Part shown: piece after piece, positions 19,366-26,223 of the stretch | Numbering within the stretch: the stretch's first letter is position 1 | Layout: the number at the start of each line of letters is the position of its first letter | The notes under the pieces: generated by a model | Databases searched by the model: none | Told to the model about the DNA's origin: nothing | The model's input: only the letters and a program-made list of their open reading frames with translations | Translations under genes and position numbers: made by a program | From: an uncultured Clostridia bacterium | GTDB lineage: Bacteria > Bacillota > Clostridia > Christensenellales > Borkfalkiaceae | Length of the DNA stretch: 30,002 nucleotides | Reading direction: 5' to 3' | NCBI GenBank assembly: GCA_947629735.1 | Contig: CANREX010000001.1 | Coordinates: forward strand, 1 to 30,002

Positions 19366-19872
19366 ATGCCCGGAAAAATAGGAAGAACATCTGAACAGAG
19401 AAACGCGTTGTTGAGGAATCAGGCGTCCGAGCTGTTGTGGTACGGCAAGATAAAGACCACCGCGGCAAAGGCGAAGCAGCTTCAACCCTACGTAGAAAAA
19501 ATAATAACCAAAGCCATGAGCGTATACGACCTCAACGAGGAAACCGAGATAAAGAAGACGGACGCAAAGGGCAAGGAAGTTACGCAAAAAGTCATTAAGG
19601 ACAGCCCCAAAAAGCTCGCGGTACGCCGCGCGCTGATGGGAAAACTGCGCGACTTGCAGGAGATAAAGGGCTTCACCGAAAAGAAGAGCGAGTACAAGGC
19701 GAGGACGAAGGATATACAGCACCCCCTCATGGAGAAGCTGTTCAACGAGATAGCGCCCAAGTACGCCCAGCGCAAGGAAGAAAGCGGTCAGGGCGGCGGC
19801 TATACCCGCATCTATCTTTTGGGCGAACGTCGCGGAGATGCTGCGGAAGAAGCCATTATAGAGCTTGTCTGA
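19366..19872 (+). CDS. rplQ: 50S ribosomal protein L17 with internal insertions
   Basis: GRTSEQR.ALLRN, IKTT.AKAK, GGYTRI, RRGDAA; 168 aa. Confidence 0.96.
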   Translation: MPGKIGRTSEQRNALLRNQASELLWYGKIKTTAAKAKQLQPYVEKIITKAMSVYDLNEETEIKKTDAKGKEVTQKVIKDSPKKLAVRRALMGKLRDLQEIKGFTEKKSEYKARTKDIQHPLMEKLFNEIAPKYAQRKEESGQGGGYTRIYLLGERRGDAAEEAIIELV

Positions 19873-19948
19873 TTTTTTAAGATTTTTTAAGGCAAAGTTA
19901 AATGCGCGGCGGGCGCACGCGATATGCGTCCGCCGCATAAATATTTTT

Positions 19949-19979
19949 GCGCCGCACCATGTGCGGCGCTTTATCCTTT
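19949..19979 (+). terminator. Intrinsic terminator of the ribosomal operon
   Basis: GCGCCGCAC-CAT-GTGCGGCGC followed by TTTATCCTTT; a further hairpin lies just upstream (19902-19938). Confidence 0.65.
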
Positions 19980-20203
19980 ATACCCGTTTTGCGCGGTTAT
20001 CATTTTATAGCTTATCCATATATTTTTATCGCCGTTGCGGTTTTCGCCATATGTCTTTTTTGCCGAAATGTTTTTCCGCCTTTAAAATTTGCGCTCCGCA
20101 TATGAAATGGGCGTTTTTTTTTACAGAATAAGGAAAATCGCGCAATAAAAGTCAGCCGATTCGGCAAAATTCGCGCTATTACAAAGAAAATTTGTAATTT
20201 CGA

Positions 20204-20231
20204 TTGACATAACGCGCAAGTATGATATAAT
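20204..20231 (+). promoter_or_regulatory. Strong SigA-type promoter of the small membrane-protein gene(s)
   Basis: TTGACA-16 nt-TATAAT with extended TG. Confidence 0.75.
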
Positions 20232-20266
20232 ATATTCGATTAAAATTTTAAAAGGAGATAAGAAAA

Positions 20267-20491
20267 ATGGATGCTTGGTTTCACAAACAGAATAAGCTCA
20301 TTCAGGTCATCTTGCTCATCATTCCCGTTGTAAACTGGTTTGTCGAGATTCTTGTAAGATGGTCGGCTGTTTTGAAGAAGGGCGGGCTCATCAGCATAGT
20401 CCTTGCCATCATCGTAACGTTCGGCGGTCTGTTCATCGGCTGGGTAGACGCTATCTGGACGTTGCTCTTCAACAAACTGTTGGGCGAGTAA
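20267..20491 (+). CDS. Hypothetical small membrane protein (paralogue 1)
   Basis: 74 aa, highly hydrophobic; SD AAGGAG; own promoter; clear similarity to 20608-20844. Confidence 0.85.
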   Translation: MDAWFHKQNKLIQVILLIIPVVNWFVEILVRWSAVLKKGGLISIVLAIIVTFGGLFIGWVDAIWTLLFNKLLGE

Positions 20492-20503
20492 ATCGAAAGC
20501 AAA

Positions 20504-20538
20504 CAAATTCAGCCCGCCCTTTGTGCGGGCTGAATTTG
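20504..20538. terminator. Hairpin/terminator between the two paralogues
   Basis: Perfect 14-bp inverted repeat CAAATTCAGCCCGC/GCGGGCTGAATTTG. Confidence 0.65.
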
Positions 20539-20607
20539 CAAAAAAAGTAATTAAAATAAATTGACGGTCATAAATTATTATCGGTCATCAATTAAAGGAG
20601 AATATCT

Positions 20608-20844
20608 ATGTCGTTTGATAAGTGGTTTAACAGCCAGGACACGCTCATCAAGGTTATTCTGCTCATTCTTCCTTTCGTGGGCTGGATAGTGGAATTGCTC
20701 GTAAGGCTGAGCGTTGCGCTTAACAAGAAAGACGTCGTCAGCATTGTGGTATTCGTCCTCTTCCTCGTATTCGGGTGGGGCTGGATACTCTGCATTATCG
20801 ACCTCGTTTATCTTATCGTTAAGGGACATCTCATTCTGGCGTAA
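20608..20844 (+). CDS. Hypothetical small membrane protein (paralogue 2)
   Basis: 78 aa hydrophobic; SD AAGGAG; 25 of 44 N-terminal residues identical to paralogue 1 by hand alignment. Confidence 0.85.
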   Translation: MSFDKWFNSQDTLIKVILLILPFVGWIVELLVRLSVALNKKDVVSIVVFVLFLVFGWGWILCIIDLVYLIVKGHLILA

Positions 20845-20860
20845 AGAAAGAAAAACAAAG

Positions 20861-20893
20861 AAGAGGAACGGACAATCGCCGCTCCTCTTTTTT
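20861..20893. terminator. Bidirectional terminator between convergent genes
   Basis: AAGAGGAACGG/CCGCTCCTCTT stem (one mismatch), with A-rich left flank and T-run right flank. Confidence 0.6.
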
Positions 20894-20918
20894 CATGCGC
20901 TTATATCTCGTTGACGTC

Positions 20919-21455
20919 TCAGATTTCCGCGCTGTCGTAAATTTTGCCGTCGAGCGTCTTGAACAAAAACACGCCGTCCTCGTACAAAATGTAGCCGCGC
21001 GTGTTTTTTTCGTCCTTGGGCAGCGCCACAGAGCCCGGGTTGAGGTGGAGGTAGCCGCCCTCTTCAACTGCGTTCAGAGGCACGTGCGTGTGACCCGTTA
21101 TGTAGACGTCTCCCTTTTTAAGCGGCGGCACTGCCCTGTGCCCGTGCGAGAGGGTGATTACAACCCGCCCGTCGCTTATCGCGGCGTAGTCGGACGAGAT
21201 GTTGAATGAAAGCACCATCTGGTCGACCTCGCTGTCGCAGTTGCCGCGCACCGCGATTATTTTGTCCGCGAGCGGGTTTAACATTTCGTATACCTTCGCG
21301 GGCGCATAGCCCTCGGGCAGCGGGTTTCTCGGACCGTGATAGAGTATGTCGCCCAAAAGGACAAGCCTTTCCGCCTTTTCTCTTGCAAAACATTCCAAAA
21401 GCTCTTCGCACCATTTTGAAGAGCCGTGAATGTCGGAGGTTATTAGTAGTTTCAT
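20919..21455 (-). CDS. yfcE: YfcE/MJ0936-family metallophosphoesterase
   Basis: SDIHGS, LGDILYHGPRN, VRGNCD, SHGH, GHTH, NPGS; true start MKLLITSD at 21455 with SD AAGGAG (the ORF-track extension to 21707 is not credible). Confidence 0.9.
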   Translation of the reverse strand: MKLLITSDIHGSSKWCEELLECFAREKAERLVLLGDILYHGPRNPLPEGYAPAKVYEMLNPLADKIIAVRGNCDSEVDQMVLSFNISSDYAAISDGRVVITLSHGHRAVPPLKKGDVYITGHTHVPLNAVEEGGYLHLNPGSVALPKDEKNTRGYILYEDGVFLFKTLDGKIYDSAEI

Positions 21456-21471
21456 AATTGATATCTCCTTA

Positions 21472-21623
21472 GCTGCCGCTAAACGTATATAAATAAGTTC
21501 ACAAAAATTTGCGCGCGGTTGCGCGCCCGCAAATTTTTCGTGAGGGTGAGCGGCTCTGCCGTTCTTGCCGCCATTTAAGGGCGCGCGAATTATATTATGG
21601 CGGCAATTCACACCGCCGAGGTG
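21472..21623. ncRNA. Dispersed structured element, copy 1 (candidate ncRNA or MITE-like repeat)
   Basis: Colinear conserved blocks shared with 29841-30002; two stems with compensatory differences. Confidence 0.55.
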
Positions 21624-21831
21624 CAGGTATGCACAAATTGAGACGAGCGCGGAGCTTCTCAAAACAGCACAGTGCGCTGTTTTGCCGCGCGAGATGAGTG
21701 AGCGCATATCGTTCCGCGCGAACGGCGACCGAACACGGCGTTGCCCTTACGCCGTGTGAGAGCGCTGCGCAAAATCGCGGTTTTGCTTGCGCCGTTAATA
21801 ATTTGGGAATGTGCTGCGGTATTTTAAAAGT

Positions 21832-22265
21832 TGTCATTTCGACCGATTGAGAGCGCGTAGCGCTCGATTGAGTGGAGAAATCCCCTCGTGGTGGTAGGGA
21901 GTTGCGGTGAAACGGCTTTATCTCTTAATAATACCGGATTCTTCGACTGCGCACCTGCGGTGCTTGCTCAGAATGACAGTAAGGGAGAGGGGGGATAGGG
22001 GTGTCGCCCTCGGGCAGAATAACAAAGGGTGTCACCCTGAGCGGAACGAGCCGTAAGGCGAGTGCAGTCGAATGGGTCTGGTTGGGGTATGCCGCAAAGA
22101 AAATTCCTGAGTGCAATGAAATACCGGATTCTTCGACTTCGCTAACGCTCCGCTCAGAATGACAGTAAGGGAGAGGGGGGATAGGGCTATCTCGCTCGGG
22201 CAGAATGACAGTAAAAAAGAATGTGTTCACTCCGCATTGTCATTCCGTCCACGGGCAGAATGACA
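21832..22265. repeat. Cluster of two REP doublets (21832-21978, 22030-22164) plus mini-hairpin derivatives
   Basis: TGTCA...TGACA termini; arms TGTCATTTCGACC..GGAGAAATCC, GGATTCTTCGACT..GCTCAGAATGACA and TGTCACCCTGAGC..GTCGAATGGGTCT; a ~90-bp block is duplicated ~190 bp apart. Confidence 0.85.
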
Positions 22266-22335
22266 GTAAAAATAATAATCGTCTCAATCTAACATAAATA
22301 ATGTGTGCGCTTATCCATGCAAAAAAATGCGGTGG

Positions 22336-23124
22336 TTATCCTATAAGCTGCTTCATTTTTTCGATTACGCCGAAGTCGGCGTTGGAAGCAATTATCTCGC
22401 CAATCCGCTCTTTCAATGCGGGGAAGCCGTTGGCGGTGACGTACGCCCGCCCCGCCGCGGCGAGCATTTCGTAGTCGTTCATGTGGTCGCCGAACGCGGC
22501 GCACTCACCCTTTTCCACGCCCAAAAAGTTCATCAGCGCGCAAAGCGCCTTGCCCTTGTTTGCGCCCTCTCGGCAGACGTCCACCCAATCGTAGCCCGAA
22601 ATGAGTGTGCGCAGCCCTTTGATGAGGGGCGGCAGAATTACCCCGCCGTGTTCCGCAGCGGGAAGGCTGTCCCAGACGGAGATTTTCAGCGCGGTGTTAT
22701 TCATCGCCGCCGTGCGCAGGCTTTCCACCTTTTCCGTCGCCGAATAGGAGCGGTTGAGCGTCCGGATAAACCTCGGGCAGTCGTCCTCGTAGTACGCGCA
22801 GTCCGCGCAGGAGAGCACGGGGTACAGCCTGTCCACGCCGCGGATAATTTCCAAAGCGCGCACAATATCCGCCTCGGGCGTGGGGTCGGAAAAGATGACG
22901 TCGCCCTTGTAATACACAAGCCCGCCGTTTTCGGCGATTATGGCGACGTCGTCCAGCACGGGCGCGAACAGCTTTTTGAGGTTAGGCAGCTGCCGCCCGC
23001 TCGCGGGAGCGAAGACCCCGCCCGCCGCCGTGAATTTCTTTATCAGCGGGAATGTCTCTTCCGGCATTATCTTTGTGGGAGGGAGCAGCGTCCCGTCCAA
23101 ATCGCTCGCAATAAGTTTCAGCAC
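22336..23124 (-). CDS. Cof-type HAD-IIB family hydrolase
   Basis: IASDLDGTLL, ASGR, NGG, NKGKAL, AFGDHMNDYEML; GTG start. Confidence 0.93.
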   Translation of the reverse strand: MLKLIASDLDGTLLPPTKIMPEETFPLIKKFTAAGGVFAPASGRQLPNLKKLFAPVLDDVAIIAENGGLVYYKGDVIFSDPTPEADIVRALEIIRGVDRLYPVLSCADCAYYEDDCPRFIRTLNRSYSATEKVESLRTAAMNNTALKISVWDSLPAAEHGGVILPPLIKGLRTLISGYDWVDVCREGANKGKALCALMNFLGVEKGECAAFGDHMNDYEMLAAAGRAYVTANGFPALKERIGEIIASNADFGVIEKMKQLIG

Positions 23125-23130
23125 GCGTAA

Positions 23131-23159
23131 ATTATATCATATCGGCGCGCCCCCGTCAA
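23131..23159 (-). promoter_or_regulatory. SigA-type promoter giving a probably leaderless cof mRNA
   Basis: Minus strand TTGACG-17 nt-TATAAT (extended TG), then 6 nt to the GTG; no SD. Confidence 0.7.
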
Positions 23160-23165
23160 CCGACC

Positions 23166-24611
23166 TCAAAAGAGCGGTGAAAATATTTTCAGCGCCGCGC
23201 GGGCAAGCCTGCGCGGCGCGCCTGTCCGCATATCCCCGATTTTTTCGCATATGACGAGGCACTCCTTGAAATCGGCGTACGCACTCTCGGCGAGCTCGCC
23301 GCCCGCCCATATCCCACATTCATAGTTGAGCCGCATGGAGCGGAAGTCGAAATTGTAACTGCCGAGCAGCGCCTCGTCGTCGCACAGCACGCACTTCGCG
23401 TGCAGAAACCCCGGCTTGAAGCGATACACCTCTATCCCGTATGCGCGCAGCTCTTGTGCGTACGTCAGCGAAATTTCAAACGTGATTCGCTTGTCGGGAA
23501 TGTGGGGAAGGATGAAAACCACCCGCACGCCCCTTCCCGCGGCGTATATAAGCGCGTCTTTCAGCTTTTCGCCCACGCACAGATAGGGCGTGAACACGCA
23601 CACCCGCCTCTCGGCGGAATAGATCTTGGCGGCGATGAGCTCTTCGCAACAGCCGTTTGCGTTGGCGGGCTCGTCCGCAACTATCCTTATCTCCCGCCGC
23701 CTGCCGCAACTCTTTCCGCCGTTGCCGCCGATTCCGCCTTGTCCGCTTTCGTCGTTGTCGTTCTTTTCGCCTTTCCCGCCCTGAATTTTTTCGGGCAGAT
23801 AGCGGTTGTCCGCGTAGAAGTCTTTCAAAAATATCCTTTCGTAGTCGAGCGCGACGTCGCCGCGCAGCATGACCCCGCCGTCCTTCCAATAGCCGTAGGG
23901 GGAGTTTATGTTGGCGTATTCGTCGGCGATGTTTACCCCGCCCAAAAACACCGTTTGCCCGTCGATTGCGGCGATTTTTCTGTGGTTGCGGCAGTTCAGC
24001 CTGCTCACGGGGAAGGGCAGAAGTTTGTTGAATATCTTTATTCTCGCGCCCGCCTTTTTCAGCCGTGAAAAGTCCTTTTTGGGCGTTCTCCCCGCGCTTC
24101 CCAGCCCGTCGCAGATTATCATGACGTCCACCCCGCGCGCGAGCGCGCTTTCCAGCCGCTTGCACAGCCCGTTCCAGATTTTCCCCTTGGAAATTATATA
24201 GTATTCGAGGTAGACCCTGTATTTCGCGGCGGCGACGCACTCTTCGAGTCGGGCGAGATATCTCTCCCCGTCCTTGAAATATTCGCACTCTTCATACGAC
24301 GACAGGGGAGGAGGAAGGGGGTTGTCGCGCCGCCTCTCTATCCCCGTGCAGGAAAACGCGTACAGCGCCGCCCCCAGCACGGGCAACGCCGCAATGAGCG
24401 CAAGCCACGCGCATTTGTAGTCGCCCCGCCCGTCGCGGCAGAGCAAAAACAGCGCGCACCCGAACGAAAAAGCGTACCCTATCGCCCCGCCGAGCGCCGC
24501 GGGCAGCAGCGAGTGCAGACAAAGGCATAAAAAAATTATTGCCGCAAAGATCACGGCAATAACGAGTATGCAGAAAAACAGACGTGAAAACAAAAATTTT
24601 ACAACGCGCAC
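23166..24611 (-). CDS. cls: Cardiolipin synthase (PLD superfamily)
   Basis: N-terminal TM helices, AWLALIAALPVLG..LY (PLDc_N-like), two HKD motifs NHRKIAAIDG and LHAKCVLCDD, GSYNFD.RS. Confidence 0.88.
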   Translation of the reverse strand: MRVVKFLFSRLFFCILVIAVIFAAIIFLCLCLHSLLPAALGGAIGYAFSFGCALFLLCRDGRGDYKCAWLALIAALPVLGAALYAFSCTGIERRRDNPLPPPLSSYEECEYFKDGERYLARLEECVAAAKYRVYLEYYIISKGKIWNGLCKRLESALARGVDVMIICDGLGSAGRTPKKDFSRLKKAGARIKIFNKLLPFPVSRLNCRNHRKIAAIDGQTVFLGGVNIADEYANINSPYGYWKDGGVMLRGDVALDYERIFLKDFYADNRYLPEKIQGGKGEKNDNDESGQGGIGGNGGKSCGRRREIRIVADEPANANGCCEELIAAKIYSAERRVCVFTPYLCVGEKLKDALIYAAGRGVRVVFILPHIPDKRITFEISLTYAQELRAYGIEVYRFKPGFLHAKCVLCDDEALLGSYNFDFRSMRLNYECGIWAGGELAESAYADFKECLVICEKIGDMRTGAPRRLARAALKIFSPLF

Positions 24612-24750
24612 GGCAGACTTCGCTCCGGATAATATGTATCCGCGCCCGCCCGAAAAGCCGCGTTAAAGCGCATTAAAAGCCGTAGTATCCGGCGGTATTT
24701 TATGACTTCGCCATACTTGCGCGGGAAAAAGCCGCGTTAAAGGGGATATG

Positions 24751-25767
24751 TCAGAGAATGAGTTTCAAGACGGTCATCTCGCTCGCATGGGCGGCGGCTT
24801 CCGCGCGCGCCGTGAGCAGAGCGGGCAAGTCGAATTCCGTCAGAACATTCTTTTCGAAGTCGGCAAGGTCGATTGCCTCGTGCACGAGCATGTTTATCGC
24901 CGTCTCAATATAGCCGAACCCGTCGGTGACGGCGTAGACTTTCAGGCTCTTTTCAAACAGGAAAGACATGTCGAGGTTTATTCCCATCTTGTTGAACCCG
25001 CCGAATACGACGTCTTTCCGCCTTGCTACGACCGTCGCGGGGACGGAGGAGGGCAGCTTGCAGCAGGTGGTGTAGATTGCCGCGTCGCAGCTCTCGCCGC
25101 TCGTAGCGTTGTTTATGTTGGTGGGGAGGGAGTCGTCCGCGGGGAACGCGTAAAACACGCCGCTGCGGTTGAGCCTTTCTATGTTCTGCGGGTAGTTGTC
25201 GATAACTATCGGCACGAGTTTGTGATACATTGCGACCTGCGCCAGGATAGTTCCCAAAAATCCGCCGCCGATTATCCCAACGCGCTTGCCCGCGGAGAGA
25301 TTGAGGTTGTCGAAAATATTTTCCGCCAAAGCGACGTGTTCTATGCAGAGCGCGTGCATGTCGTCTACCGCGTCGGGTATAACGGAGACGTTGGAGTAGT
25401 CGCACACGACGAAATCGCGCATAAAGCCGTCGAAGTCGTCCCCCGCGAGTTCCACCCTTTCACATTCGTAGCGGTTGCCCGACTTGCAGGCGAAGCATTT
25501 CCCGCAGGAGTGCACGGCGTTCAGATATACGCGTGCGCCCTTTTCGAGCCCGTAGCACGCCTCGCCCGTTTCCGTAATTATGCCTATCGCGAACCTGCCT
25601 ATCGTCTTGGGGTAGTTCACGCTCTTCGCGCCCGTGTAGCAGAACGCGTCGTAGTTTGAAAGCAGGACGTGGCTGACCCTGACCTTTACCTGGTTAGGAC
25701 CTATTTCCGTTTCCTGCTGCGGTTGTCTTTCGAGGTTACCTTTACCCAACAATACCCAATTATCCAT
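24751..25767 (-). CDS. Medium-chain dehydrogenase/reductase-fold protein lacking canonical catalytic-zinc ligands
   Basis: Structural-Zn CGKCFAC...C and Rossmann IIGGGFLG present; LSNYD and GRF in place of ICGSD and GHE. Confidence 0.8.
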   Translation of the reverse strand: MDNWVLLGKGNLERQPQQETEIGPNQVKVRVSHVLLSNYDAFCYTGAKSVNYPKTIGRFAIGIITETGEACYGLEKGARVYLNAVHSCGKCFACKSGNRYECERVELAGDDFDGFMRDFVVCDYSNVSVIPDAVDDMHALCIEHVALAENIFDNLNLSAGKRVGIIGGGFLGTILAQVAMYHKLVPIVIDNYPQNIERLNRSGVFYAFPADDSLPTNINNATSGESCDAAIYTTCCKLPSSVPATVVARRKDVVFGGFNKMGINLDMSFLFEKSLKVYAVTDGFGYIETAINMLVHEAIDLADFEKNVLTEFDLPALLTARAEAAAHASEMTVLKLIL

Positions 25768-25775
25768 ACGCCCAT

Positions 25776-25804
25776 ATTATACGACGGGCGGGCGAATAAA
25801 TCAA
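25776..25804 (-). promoter_or_regulatory. SigA-type promoter of the MDR-fold gene (near-leaderless)
   Basis: Minus strand TTGATT-17 nt-TATAAT, 8 nt from the ATG at 25767. Confidence 0.6.
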
Positions 25805-25886
25805 TCTTTTTGCCGATAAAACCTTAAATTGCGCCCGCGGCTTGCCCTTAAATAGTCAAAAATTTGTAATTGAGCGGGAAAAACGA

Positions 25887-25915
25887 TTGACTTTGCGCGA
25901 CTTATTCTATATAAT
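25887..25915 (+). promoter_or_regulatory. SigA-type promoter of rpmE
   Basis: TTGACT-17 nt-TATAAT. Confidence 0.75.
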
Positions 25916-25956
25916 AGTTTAGCATTTATCAATGAAAATATTAGCGAGGTGAAAGA

Positions 25957-26160
25957 ATGAAGCCCGAAATACATCCCGAATATCACGAAGTTACGGTAGT
26001 ATGTGCTTGCGGCGCGACTTTCAAGACGGGTACAACCAAGAAGGTCGATACGCTCAAAGTGGACATATGCAACAAATGCCATCCTTTCTTTACCGGCAAG
26101 CAGAAACTTGTCGATACGGGCGGCCGTGTTGATAAGTTCAAGAAAAGATACAATATCTGA
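25957..26160 (+). CDS. rpmE: 50S ribosomal protein L31, zinc-binding type
   Basis: [38 protein letters not shown]. Confidence 0.98.
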   Translation: MKPEIHPEYHEVTVVCACGATFKTGTTKKVDTLKVDICNKCHPFFTGKQKLVDTGGRVDKFKKRYNI

Positions 26161-26223
26161 AATGATGGAAAGCGGCTGCAAATTTTATTTTGAGGTCGCT
26201 TTTTGATTGCGGAAGCGAAAACT

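Noticed and set aside
21456-21707. N-terminal extension of the phosphoesterase ORF
   Set aside because: The family begins at MKLLITSD, which has a strong SD; the extension crosses the structured repeat.
21925-22230. 101-aa ORF with an internal repeat
   Set aside because: Translation of the duplicated REP block.
22303-23130. Long antisense ORFs opposite cof, and similar ones opposite r-protein, secY, adh-like and prfA genes
   Set aside because: Shadow ORFs expected from high GC3 codon bias; no motifs or start signals.
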